From: Antedon mediterranea
Taxonomy: Eukaryota > Animalia > Echinodermata
DNA length: 64,000 bases
Assembly (NCBI RefSeq): GCF_964355755.1
Contig: NC_092675.1
Span: forward strand, 27,376,912 to 27,440,911
Direction: 5' to 3'
Shown here piece after piece: positions 49,277-62,789 of this stretch. How positions within the stretch are numbered: the stretch's first letter is position 1; the number at the start of each line of letters is the position of its first letter. The position numbers and the translations under genes were made by a program. The notes beneath the pieces were generated by a model. It did no database searches and was not told the origin of the DNA. It saw only the letters and a list, made by a program, of their open reading frames with translations.

Positions 49277-52200
49277 GATAGACGGGTTAGTTGATCAAAG
49301 TTGTAATAGTTGTTGTTTAGTTGTAATAAAATGGTCGAAAGAGAAATCAAAATCTACCGGACCAGATGGATAAATCAAATGATATAATACGGACTAAAAA
49401 TAGATACCGTACAAGTTGAATCTTGGATTATAAAGACTTGTTTTGAGACTCCACTAATTAGTAATAATATGTCTGAGGTAAACATTACCCATGGACACTT
49501 TTTCCAAATTATATGACTGACTTTACTTAATTATCCAAATATTCAGGAAAGAGAAAAAGGCAAGAGTTAACTGCTTGGCTATAAATTAAAAGGACGTAAC
49601 ATTCCATGTTTAAGTACCAGTCTTAATTAACTTTCGCAACGGCGAACTTTCTCTCATGAAAATTATGATTTATGTAAAGTCGAATATTTCTCGAATAATA
49701 TCATGTTATTAGGTCGAAAAATATCTTATGTCTAAGTATGTTAATTATTCAAAAAAACATAAATATTAACGCAATCGCTCACTGATTGTTAAGCAAGTGT
49801 TATGGTAACAGTTGTGTCATCATTCTTTTTATTGTACTTTTTTTTTCCTTATTAAGCAACCAACATGGAATAGTCAATTCAAAACATAAATGTTGTTTAC
49901 CATTGTGTAATTATCATCAAAAAATCATTAAAATATTAATAGTTTTTATTTAAAAAATTGGTTGGTTGTACTGTATCACAAAAACAAAAGGCCTCTGTAA
50001 ATTAATATAACTGTATAAATTATAAACAAAAATACATTTTTTTTTAATGACAAGAATTGAGAATGTTTAAGTAGTAATGAAATTAGTGTTTAGTATACTA
50101 AATTCATTTATTATAAATGGTTAGGGAGATATGGCTATAAAAAATAACTAAATAAATAAAGATGATTTACATTTATAGCAAAAAATGTTCATCTAATTAT
50201 ATTGCTTTACTACAGGTATCACTCTGTTAATATTCATAGAATTACATTTACTTGTATTGTTTCTTTTTAAAACATAAAATGTGTTTAACATACAAAATAA
50301 AATTGAAATGCTGAACAGACCTTGACGGAACTCATCCTTTTATTTCATATATCAGTCATTTGCATAAGAAACATCTTATTAAATTTGCAACTTTTCATAT
50401 CAATCTATATTTTGCATAGATGTGATGCGACGAACTAGAGAAATAACTAGGCAACAAAGATACGAACAGGACAGGGAATCTTTGAAATGTCTGCTATATC
50501 TGTTAATGCAGATATCAAAACAGCTTCAAAAAGGCATAGCTGATTGAGAATACAGGCCTATTTGATAGTAACTATGTCCAAGTTGTCTCTCTAGTTTTAT
50601 AAATAATACCTCTATGATATTTTGTAATATTTTTCTGTTTTATTCACCACACAAAATAACTCTCCCAATACTCAACACCTTTGAATTTTGACCTGTTTCG
50701 TAATGTTTTAGAATTTGTGTGTGATAAACTTGAATCATTCTATTTTTCAAATTAAGTTTGAAAGTATAATATTGAAAATTGTGAAATGACATCCAAAAGA
50801 AAAGTATCTTTTGATTAAATTATCCATCGTCTAAATTTGGAATATTCATTTACAGAAATGTCATGGTCATGTGAATTACTTATATTTTTGTTTGTTTATC
50901 TGTTTACGAGGGACATAAAAGAAAAGTAGTCATTGTGCTAAATAGTTGAAATAATAAATACTAAATTAGCTTTCAAACTATTTTTCTATAAGTGTTTTTT
51001 ATTTTGCTCTGGCCTTTTTAACTTTGACCATTCATTTCATGCAAGCAATGATGCCAAATAATAATGAAAAATGACCAAACCTTCAACAATGTTTTGAGGT
51101 AACTTGTATCATGATAACTAAATATGTAAAAAAAGGGCACTTTTTTTCAAAAAAATGTCAAACATTATTTTTATTGTGTGATAATACTGTATTCGCATAG
51201 CACATAGACTGCGTTTTTACCGTCTTACAGAGCCATAGTAAATGATTATGTCAAAAAATAAAAGGGTTGAATATTTGTCAATTTTTGGGAAAATTTCCCT
51301 GTCCTATAGTACAGGTAGCGCGTTATTGTTCTCATACAGAGCCATAATAAACAATTATGCCAAAAAATAAAAGGGTTGGACTTTGGTTATTTTTTGTCTG
51401 TGTAGTATATTATTACAGCTGGGATTGGCAAAATAGCAAAAAAAGGTAACAATTTCCTTGAACTATAATAATATTGCACCATATCATCTTTATAGACGTA
51501 GTGAAACTAATAGAATATAGTAACCATAACATTTTAATAAATCATGTAAAAATTGCCAAAATAATAAACTTTCAAAATTCTTATTCTATATTTTTGTAAA
51601 GAAATGGCAAGAGGACAGAGTAGTCCTAGAGGGTGTGGTTGTCCAGGTTTTTTTTTTCATTTTTCATATCGAATATGACAATCAAATAGTTTTTGATTAG
51701 GAAATAAAATATGATGAACGTTCTTTAATTAAAACATTATTATATTATTCACAGAAGAAAGTGTATTCAAAGATTACAGAAAACAGTAAAGTAGACTATA
51801 TTAGGTGTGGTTCTTGCTTTTTATTACAGCATTACGTCAAGCTAACAGATATTAATATATATTATATATAATCGATAATTGATATAACTATTATTAATTA
51901 TATATATGTATTGATATAGTATTTTTTTGATATGCATATGTTGACTTTAATACAAATTCACCACATTATGTGTACATCTTCGTATTTAGGAAATAGCATG
52001 AAATTAAATGGACCATTTATTAAAAGCAAATTATACATTTACTGTACACACATTTTACAGTATTAAAAATAGAATTTGTAATGGAATGTCTGTAAAAGAA
52101 CACTTAACATAAATAGCACATTTCAAAGCTATCAATATTATATAACAATCAATCAACAGCGCCATGCAAACTGGGATCTTTCATCTTAAGGATTGCAAGA

Positions 52201-52314
52201 CCCCAAACTTGTAATTGAAATTTGGACCAGCCTAAAAGGGCCCTGTCCGGTTTCCAGCCCTAAATCTGTGCCACTGTACATTGGGATAACATAATATTAA
52301 TCATATATACATTA

Positions 52315-52628
52315 AGATGTATTGTCCCCCTGAAAAAATAATTCTTAAAACAATGTTTGTTGAAAATTCTATTTTTAATGTAACATAATAGTTATCCACT
52401 TTGACCAAAAATTGGATCGAAAAAATATGTATTTACCTGAAAAAATGTAATTTAAAGCAAAAAATGTTCAAATTGGCTGCCAGCCAATGGATTTTTGGTT
52501 ATTTATTTCGTCATTTTATAAGTGAAAACAAGATTTTTTTTCGTTTTTTTTTCTATTGAAGTGATTAACTTTATGAAAACTACAAAATAACATATTCATT
52601 TTTCATGTTTTTGAGGGACAATACATCT
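52315..52628. mobile_element. Kolobok-like MITE
   Basis: agatgtattgtccc ... gggacaatacatct|ttaa. Confidence 0.65.
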
Positions 52629-52799
52629 TTAAGAATTGAATAAATTGTTTTAAAATTACTTTACATTCGTGGAGTCAGCTGACCATGTGGATCTGAAACT
52701 GCAATGCATAACGCCTGTTCATACATAGTGTGGGCCGCCAGTCTATGTACTATTCAGAAAAGGGTAGGTCTTATATTATACAGATATTGACTGCTTAGA

Positions 52800-52944
52800 G
52801 GTTAAATATAAGATTTGACATCCCCGAGGGAATGATATTAAGTTCGAGGGAATATATATTTCCCGAAGCGCCAGCTGAGGGAAATATATATTCCCCGAGA
52901 ACTTAATATCATTCCCGAGGGGATGTCAAATCTTATATTTAACC
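52800..52944. repeat. ~145-bp inverted repeat inside an interspersed element (~52775-53703)
   Basis: ggttaaatataagatttgacatcccc...gaatatatatttcc mirrored as ggaaatatatattc...ggggatgtcaaatcttatatttaacc. Confidence 0.8.
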
Positions 52945-54484
52945 GATATAAAAGGCAATATCTGTTATATTATATAGCCAAGAACAAGTCTGCTGGGTTG
53001 GGTGAAGCTAGGCTAGTTAGGCCTCCTATATAGTATTTGTATTGTATTTAAACAAGCCTGCCTAGACACCTTACCTTGCGAAGAATAATATACAGATAAT
53101 TACTAATTAATGATTCCTTGGCAATAAAATATTCACTTAGGCCTAGGTCGTTTAAATTAACAGAAGAATTTCCATCAATAAGCCTATTAAAAATAATAAT
53201 ATTATAATCAGGTAGGCCTAGGCCGAATAAACAATTCGTCTTCTTCTCGATCTTCGAGGAGCCGAATCACCGGATGTTCAGCGCGTACTAGTTACTAGGT
53301 TACTACCGTGAGTATTGACCAATCACAAACGGTGTTTCATCACATTTAGGGTGGACTTATAACAAATGAGGGCGCTATGTATGCATAGTTTAAATAGTTT
53401 AGAAGATTAATTTCTTCAAGCGGTTGAAGCGTTGTCTTACGATGGAGTGACAATTCCACCCGAGTTCAAGATCGAGTTGATGACTTTTGTTTATTTATCG
53501 GCAACGCGAGTGTTGGCACACGAAAATTACACAGTCAATATCATCGTACTCGAGAATCTATATGTTTAATGACAGGGGACGCGAAAATTACACAGTCAAT
53601 ATCATCGTTCTCGAGGATATATACGATTTACGATCCTCGCAGCGGTAGTCATGTGATGCAGTTTCAACCAATCACGTTAGCGTATTTACATAGGCTATGT
53701 AATATACTGTATTAATATATACAATAATATGCTAAAAAAAATATTTTACTTTGGCTATATACACAAATATGAATCATCCAGTTATAATTACAGTAATTAG
53801 CCCTGACTGCCTTCATGACAATCTGCCACTGATACACAGTAGGCCTTGTCATGTTTAAAAAAAACTCTGCATACTGTATACAATCTTCTGCCCCAGTAGG
53901 ACCTACATTGAGCACCTTTTCATGAAATCACCTCAGAGTAAAATATTTACAATTTATAATTACAGGCATAGAGAAATGCTGATACACTGGAAAATAATAT
54001 TATAAAATGAAGATGAGGACATTTGCTACAAAGATAAAAAGCTGCCTCAACACAGATTCAAACCCATTGATATGCAGGCATTATTACCATGGTATCAAAT
54101 CTGATTGGATAATGACTTCTTGGCACCTGAATTTCAATATTTTAATTACACATTTGGTCTTTGTTGTTTGTCAACTATATTTTAATGAACATTAAAATAA
54201 TTTATATCTCTATTAATAAATGTATCAATAGAGTGAAACTTGAAATGTATGCTTCATATCAGGGTCAACTTCCTATAGCATTTACAAGTATTTGTGCCAT
54301 AATTTATGTGCATTTCAAAATTAAAAACTTTGAATCTTTAAGTTTAAATCTATTTTTAGCCAATTTGAAAATTATGAAAGACAGTAAAGTTTATTATAAT
54401 TGTAACTAATGGCAAGAATTTAGCCCAGCTGACTTGTGGCACTCACTGTTTGGTGCGATAGAAAGACTAAATAGGTTAACAAAT

Positions 54485-57400
54485 CTACGAGCTAGATAAA
54501 TGTGTATCTGCCGTCTGACAACTAGTCCCGCTTCCAGATACGTAGTTCCCAGAAGAAAGTGTGCTTCTGTTGATTAAATAACTCTCGGAGTCACACTCTG
54601 AGTATGGAACAGAACTGTCTGCAAATGGGTCAACTGAGGTCAATGGTTCTTCAGAAATCATAGCATCGTTTTGTACTTCAGTCAGTAAATTTCCATTACA
54701 GAGTTGAAGGTAACGAACATCTGCATCTTCCTTGGATGAGCTGTTCTCATCATCGTTTACGTCATCGGTGAAAACATTATTATTCTGTTGTTCCTGTTTC
54801 CGACCCAAGATTAGGTATGTTTTGTTTGTTACTTCCACCGAAGTCTTTCGCTGATTACCTCCGGTTTCAAAAGTTTCACAACTTTTCTCTGGCAACATAC
54901 ACGTAGACTCTGACAGATCTTCCTTCTCTTTTGGAGGATTTCTATTCGTCTTGACTTCATCGAAGATCTCTACATCAGGTTGTTTTGCTTCACTGCATTG
55001 CGATGCATCCCACTAAAAAATGTTTACAAAAAAAAAATGATTGTTCAAATTAAATCAATTTTATTCATGATAATGTCGGAGGCTGGATTTATTTGTTTGT
55101 CCAGACCTACTTTGCTGAGGGAGGGATATTATATTTTAACGTAACGCCTAGTATGTTTTACAGTTTCTTCTGCGGATGTTTATTTGACTAGTGAGATAGT
55201 AATTAGGCTAGCGCGTTCCTCTCACTGAGCGGGAGATTGAGACCCTGCCTTGAGAGAGACAAGACGTGTCTGGCTGAGACAGATGAGAACCTTGATTATT
55301 TACTATTTTATGAGCGTGTAACTTGATGTAATTCGAGCATTGATAAGAACAAAGACGACTGTGTACCAGAGTGGAGTTGACTCTTGATTGTTTGGCTACT
55401 TGTATGAAGGCATTGCAGGGGTGTTTGTACTTTTATCTTTTCGTTCTGCTACATCTGTATCAGTTTGAAGTTGTGTTCCAATAAACGTCTAAACAACGTA
55501 TCCAGTCTTTGGTCTATTCCTTTGACGTGTTTGTTCGACTCACGACAATAAATATAGCTGGTAGGATTTTATTAATCATATTTATTACTATATCATAATT
55601 AATCATTGCTTATGTGAGGTAATCTTTTTTTGAATAACCATAAATGAAACTAGGTACTGGGGTTTGAATTACTAACTAGCTTTCATGTTCCCATCTATTC
55701 ATATGGGTACTAATGAAGTCCTATCTGGTGATTATATAATGGACCCAGACTTCAGTTTACATAAGATTTGAATATTTAATAATAGTATTATTAATTGATT
55801 TGTTTTTGGCGGTGCTGTTCTATTGTTAGTCAACTGAAACTATTGTTATTTGAATGGTTGGATAACCATTACACCAAATTTGCATACAGATAGTTGTAGT
55901 GAAATTAGCCTAATCACACACAGCATTACACAAAAATAAAAAAATATATTTTTTTTTATGTAGGAGAATTTAACAGTAGGTGGAAGTATGCATTCTTGGA
56001 GTGCTGTTGTAGTTTCTTCTGTGATTTCTCCTACAATGAATTATATCGTAGGATTTTATTTTTACCTCCATGGTTTTACAGTATTTCATACTGGAAATCA
56101 AAAACACCAGTAATATTATCAAATTGAACACTGTGAGTATCATTCATGTGTCTTTCAATATTAACTAATCTTGATACTAATTTTACTAGAGAGGGTGCTA
56201 TACCCAAATAACTAACATTCATAATTGGCTTGTACCTTGTAGAACTTTGGCTCTGGTAATGGCTTCATAAAATCTGCCTTCTTCATTCGGCGTATTATAA
56301 AAATTATGAGTAACGTAACAAATACTATTGACACTATTATAATAACTGCTATATACTCCTTGCCTGAAAATAAAACAACCAGAAAATGTATATAAATGCC
56401 ATACATTCTAAACATACATTTTAATAATTATCAATCAATACATTTTCTCTGTATTTTTTTTGTTGGTGGGGGGAGTGATTTTTCTACTGTATTGAAGAAC
56501 TTTCTTATAAGTAGTGGGGGGTGTTTCACTGTACCCACCTACTTTTTTAACATTTCTGGAGGTCCCACAACATGAGATTGAACTATCTAACTATTAAACA
56601 AAAAAATTAGGCTTTTTTAGAAGAAAAGCAAAATGTTCTATTTTATCATAATAAGATAAATCCTTCTGGAAATAACACATTTTAAATTTATGTACACATA
56701 ACCAACAGTTTGAGGCTCAGTTTATTTTTTATGTACAAGTGTCTTTTAATTAATACCTGATACCTGCTTACTAAATTTGTACTATTTGTTTTTGAAGTGT
56801 GAATAATTAAATAAAAAAAATAATCTTCTAGATTCATACAGACCCAAATGAATACTGTTCTGAAATTCTAAAAACAGTCTTACCTATGCCACTTGCAGTT
56901 AATTGACCAGCAACAAAACTGGAGCTAATCGTGGTATAACCAACTGAATTGTGTGCTGTGATGTTTACAATGTAGTCCTTATCTGATGGCAGATCTACAA
57001 TATGAATCAAATTGTTTTATGGTATACATAATCAATTAGTTTGTATCACATAAATCATCTCCGAAAAAAAACCCCACAAAAATAAGATCTGTCTACACTA
57101 TCAAACTAGTTTGACAAGAAAACAAGGGGTGATGTTCCCAAATATGGTAGTGATATGCTTAAATATGGTAGTGATGTTATGTCCATATATGGCCACATCA
57201 CATTTGTTTGTCACATAATGCAGGGAGTTGTAAAATAACTCCCTGCATAATGTTTGATAGTGTAGACAGAGCCTAAGAATCTGTCTCTATAAGATTTCTG
57301 CTCAACCGACCTGTTCACTCCACATTCGGTGTAAATGTAAGTACCTTTCGTATTTTTTTCTAATTTTATACGGTCATCATAATTGTATAATTGTAATGGA

Positions 57401-60400
57401 GGGGCGGATCTAGGATTTTTATAAAGAGGGGGCCGATATGGGAAACTAATCATCTAGGGGGGTCCGAGACATGCTCCCCCTGAAATGTTTTTTTTCTAGA
57501 CGCCCGGAGACAGCATCTGAGGCGTTTTGGCCAGTCGATTTTTGTCATATAATTATCTGAATATAGTGTGTTTTATAGACCATATTTAATATACGGAACT
57601 GTTTATTTTTTATTTTTTTCGTCAATAGCCTAAAGCCTGTTTTCCTGTCGACGAAACGTTACGACTAGTTGCATTATAATTTTAAAATAAAATTTGAAAA
57701 TAAATAACAATAACGATGATCGAACCGGACTGCGAATATTTTCACATTTTTACGCAATCGTTAATGGTGGTTGCTGAGACACATGGACGTGAAGTTTTGC
57801 AAAGCCAAGGCCGGTCATGCGCAGCCGTGCCCGCTGAAAAATTGAAAAAGTTACTTAATCTAGGCTTTACACTAAAGACAAACATTAAATTAAATTGTTT
57901 TTATATTATAACTTAGTTTTACTTAAGTAATTGTGTATTGTAACTGTTAAGCTTATTTTAACTTGAAATGGAAGGCAATGTCGTTTAATTTACTTCTCAA
58001 CAATTTTCCATTACTCAACACAATAGTGCCATTTTTCAAGTAGCTTTAGGAGTAAAAGGTATCGGTTCATACAGTATTTACCTGTAAATTCAACTTGAAG
58101 TGATGTGTTGTATTTTGTAGTAGCTATATCCACTTCTCTATCATCGGAAAAAACTGTTATTTTGTATTTAAGAAGATGACCATTTTGTTTTTCTGGAGGT
58201 AGTTCCTAAGAAACAAATTAGTTTTCTTTTTAACTATACTGTAACAACAGGAATGATTCTTTTTTTAAAGAAAATGAAGATTTATTTCTAAAGACATTTG
58301 CATTTGTCAAAATCTTAATGAAATGTTAAATTATGTCACCATTGCATGTTATAAATATTTGAAACCATGCTATAAAAGTGTGGTATGAGGAGTATTGGAG
58401 GATCCCAATAATTTGTTCTGGTTAGGTAGCTTTTAGTGGGTTTCATCATGGAGAATTTTCCATGGCTTTATGAATCAGTTTCCTAAAGCTTTAAAAAAAA
58501 ATACAATCTTATTATACTGATTGATCGATCGATGTTTGGTGTATTATTTCATTTATCTGCTAAGTTAATAGCCTTTAGATAACCATCATAAGTTTGGATA
58601 CTACAAACATGATGAAATAATTATGTATTTTTGTAACTTATACAGGGTTTGTTGCAATTCAAAAGAATTTTATTACAATAATTTTTCATTTTGGTCATTC
58701 ATTATCTGCCAAGTAAGAACTATAGGCCTAGATAGCATTATTCATTTTTTTATAAAAAAGAAAATCATATCAGCAGTTTTGAGGTAAAAAGTAAATACGT
58801 AAATTCACTTTCATATACTCATGTTTGGTGTGCGCAGAAGTGTACTCTATGATCCTCGATGTCTGCGAACATACCCGTTTATTACTCCCAATTCCTAACC
58901 CACTCTACTTTTTTCCTCACTTTTTCCGTCTGATGATATCTTTACAAATATATTTTGTGGTATTCATTTTCGTACCTTCCAATTGCACGTAAGTACATCA
59001 TATCCATCTTTCCAATTGCAGTTACCATCCACTGTACCTTCCGGTGGTTCTGTTGAAAAATGTTTAGTTCAAACTCAATTAAAGGAACTTAAAATTGTTG
59101 ATGATTTCATGGAAATAGTAAAAACCTTAATCAACTAGGGACCAGTTGCTTTTTGTACTTTTCTGTGGTTTTATCCTTGATTATCCACTTGATCAACAGA
59201 ATGAATAAGTAAATAAAAAAGAAACTTAATATATCTTGACTTAGCTTTTTGTCAAAACATGAAAAAGTATTGCATCCCTGGTTTTAATATACAAACAAAT
59301 ACTAGAGGCCTACGGCAAAAATAAACTGTAGCTCAATTGAAGATAGAAGCAATGGTTTGCGATTATATGGTCAAACTTTAATATAAAATCAACAACATTC
59401 CAACCAAGACTATTTCATTTTTGATGCAAAAATGTATTCAACTTTACTTGTTTCTTCTTTCATGACAACAACAATGTCCGACCATTTATTAATGTTGTCT
59501 TCTCTTGAATATCTGACGGCAACTTGTACCTCATACTCCTTGTAGCCTGTAGGTATGTCAAGAATTTTCTCAGACAAATCGTCATGTGATCTATCACAAG
59601 GGATCTGAAAAACAATACAAAAATATCAAAGTTTAGTGTGAGCAGAAAAAAGGAAACAATAGTGTCTATGAAAGTGGGAACTATCGCCCAACAAATAATT
59701 TATTTAAATTTTAATTAATTTTAATTTATTTAATACACTTCGCTTCCAGTCCATCGCCTCTCGTACAAATAGATTTCGTAATAGTTTTTACCCATCTGCC
59801 ATTAGAATACTGAATCTTACAGAATGATGTGTCATGGCATTTTGTTCTGTATTATATTGTGCTGTAGTTTCAGAGATACACACTTTTCTATGTATTTTAG
59901 GCGAATGATGTAATTGAATTGAATTAAATGTACATAACGTACATTTTTTTAGGTTATTGGATTTTTAAAAACATACCTCGTTCTTCTCTGGAGGTTTCAT
60001 GTTTGGATACACCTCCTTATAACTAACAACGTAAACATGCTCTATTTTATATTTTGTTGGATCCCAATTTACTTTAAGTAACGTGTCATTTTCAATCCAT
60101 CCCACAACATTCTTTGGAGGATACATCTTGACTAATAAAAGAAAAACAAGAAATTAGTGGCAGTGGTTTCAACATAATATATTACAATAAGAAAATGGCA
60201 ATTCATTCATTTATCTAGTATGATTTTTCTGCTATATTGATTTTATATAATTGCCCATTCACTGCACAGTGTTATTTCCAATTTTGTGCAGAAATAGTGA
60301 TTTTGAAATTAATTGTTTTACTTACTAAAACAGTTTTTCAAAATTGTGTTTATATTGTACTGTAGGTGGGGGTTGGTCTAGGGGGAAACAAACAAAATTA

Positions 60401-62789
60401 TGAAAGACTTTTTTTTCCCCATGAAATTCTTATAAAACTAGAAGGCCACTATACAATTAGTATAATTCCCCTACATGATTTCCCCAACATTTTTTAAAAA
60501 GTTTTATGTCTAGTGCTCAGTGTGATTAGATTAAAGTGTACTACAACTTTTGAATGTGAGTTTGGTGTAATGGTTATATATCCAGACTTACACTGTTGCG
60601 TTCCCTGGTTTATTTCCTGCTGTGAAGATCTTTTTTGTTTATCATCCTTATTATTTCTTTTAATATTTTATTATTATTTTTAATAATTATAATATTTTAT
60701 ATTTTAATAACCTAAGGTTACGTTAAGACTGATCACTACCAGATCACCGGCTTCTCTATCAAGGCCTATTATAAGCTCTCCTAACCTGGTAACAACAATC
60801 TTGAGCAGCTGTACTGTGCAAGCTGCACAATTTCAGATGTACAGGTATCGTACCTCTATAGATTATTGGACTAGCATTGTGTTGTCTGGTTGCTGAATTG
60901 TTTTTCTTTTTTGGCAGAATCCATTAATTAAAAACGAGAAAGACCCAATTTTATACAATTGTATGTTTTTCTTCATGATCAACTCTATATATCGTTGTGA
61001 TGATATAAGTGTGATGCATGCAATTTCAATTATTAGAGTCGGCTTATTTTCCACATTATTGCAATTATAGGCCCATGTTGGATTTCTATTTACAAAAAAA
61101 ATTTAGGCAAGTTTGCGACCTTTAAAAGACTGAGGAAAAAAATTAATATTAACTTATACTAACTTATAAATTGTGTGTATATAGAACTTACTGCTATAGA
61201 AAGCAACATCAGCAATGTCGTGGTATCCTAAAGCATTGAAGACATACAACTCTACTTTCATTTTGCCATGGTCATAAGCTAAATCTATATATTTATTATG
61301 TGTCTTTTTATACTTTCTACAAAAAAAAAAGAGAAAAACATCATAATACATTTAGTCAATATTTATGAACAGTATATATGTGTACAGTATATATATACAG
61401 TATATATAAATACCACAGGAACTGCAGAATATTAATTCTAAACTGCCTGGTAATAAATAAATTAATTAATTTGAAATGATAAATAAATCTGTGAGAATGA
61501 GATGAAGATGCCCTAACCATTGAACTTTCAAACTATCAAATGTGGCACATCTTCATTTTTTTGTCACATCAAATTTGATAGTGTAGACAAAGCTTTACAT
61601 TCTGTCTTTGACAAGGCAAATCCATGATTACATGCTGTAAGCAAACTCTCCATAAACTTACAATAAAGCTAGTACTGAGGCCCTTCCATAGAAAATTTGG
61701 TACTCATTTGGAAGGTTTGTATCCAAGTCTCCAGGTAGCCATGTGCATCTGAAATGTGTAATACTCGTCTCAAAGCATGTAAGATTTTTGACCGCTACCG
61801 GTTTACCTGTTGAAGGATATTAAATTTATTGTAATTGATAACTTTACTGTACCATGTAGTAGTAATTGAGAAATCAATTAAGTACACAAAAAAGCTGACA
61901 CAAGAATAAGTGGTGGCGCTAGACCACACCGAGATACAATGGTGAGGTATGATAAACAATCAAGACGTCACTCATGTGAATAAGGCCACCGATGCTAGTA
62001 GCTGTAAACATGTACGATTATTGACCGCTCCCTGTTTACCTGTTGAAGGATATTAAATTTACTATAATTGATAAACAAATTTAATACACACAAAGAAACA
62101 TTTTGTTAGAAAATGATATTACAACATTATATATATATATATTTTTTTAACCATATTTAATGAGGGTGATCCATCCAGCTATTGCTGCAGTCATTAGGGA
62201 CCCTCAGAGGTTCACAAGACAAACATATACACAAGCTGCTCTACATAACAAAGTCTTATTACAAGTCTTTGGAAGTGGAGAATTTGGTCCTTAGAAAAAA
62301 TCCTGTGACATGTGACGGGACTTGAACTCAGAACCCTTGGAGTGGTAGCCAAGGATCATAACCACCAAGCCACAACTCCACCCAAAAAAAAATTTGATAG
62401 GATATTCTGGGACCTGTTCACTAGATCGTTGACTGATGCTGCAGTCCTAGAATAAAGCCCATTCTGTTTTCTTAGAAAAGTTCATATTTATTTTGACTAA
62501 TTGTAACATTTTATTTCTAGTTTTAAGGTTTAACTAAATTGAGTAATCGGAATATACCTACGTCCAAAAGTGATGAAGACCTCTTGGCTGTCATTAGAAA
62601 CTCGACAAGAATATTTACCACTTTGATCAAAAGATGACATATTAATTCCCAAAATCGATTCATTAGATTTTAAAATGGTCTCATTAAAATACCATGTTAT
62701 TGTATCTGCTGTCATATCCAAGTTGCAGCGTAACTCTAATACATCACCCTCAATAAGTTCAACAGGTTTTGGTTGGCTAGGCAATGTCA
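54485..62789 (-). CDS. Class I cytokine receptor-like (gp130/domeless-like) single-pass receptor, 5'-incomplete; exons 62789-62562, 61806-61662, 61316-61192, 60131-59977, 59604-59448, 59049-58976, 58205-58082, 56994-56884, 56363-56236, 55012-54485
   Basis: All junctions are GT-AG and phase compatible. Ig domain (LELRC..ITWY..DQSGKYSC); KPVAVKNLTC..FRCTWLPG; FN3 with YEVQVAVR..NKWSD; FN3 LPPEKQNGHLLKYKI..YIVNITAHNSVG; TM IAVIIIVSIVFVTLLIIFII; box1-like KPLPEP; tyrosine-bearing tail. Confidence 0.85.
55140..55547 (+). repeat. Possible solo LTR in a receptor intron
   Basis: gtaacg...cacgaca ends, higher GC, internal caataaa; no TSD seen. Confidence 0.3.
57632..57850 (+). repeat. Fragment related to the Harbinger-like MITE end
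   Basis: aagcctgttttcctgtcgacg resembles the TIR at 18776. Confidence 0.35.
62160..62378 (-). mobile_element. tRNA-derived SINE
   Basis: Minus strand reads ggagttgtggcttggtgg (A box) ... gagttcaagtccc (B box) followed by a body; no full tRNA cloverleaf. Confidence 0.6.

Noticed and set aside
62310-62378. tRNA gene
   Set aside because: Has A/B boxes but no complete cloverleaf and continues into a SINE-like body
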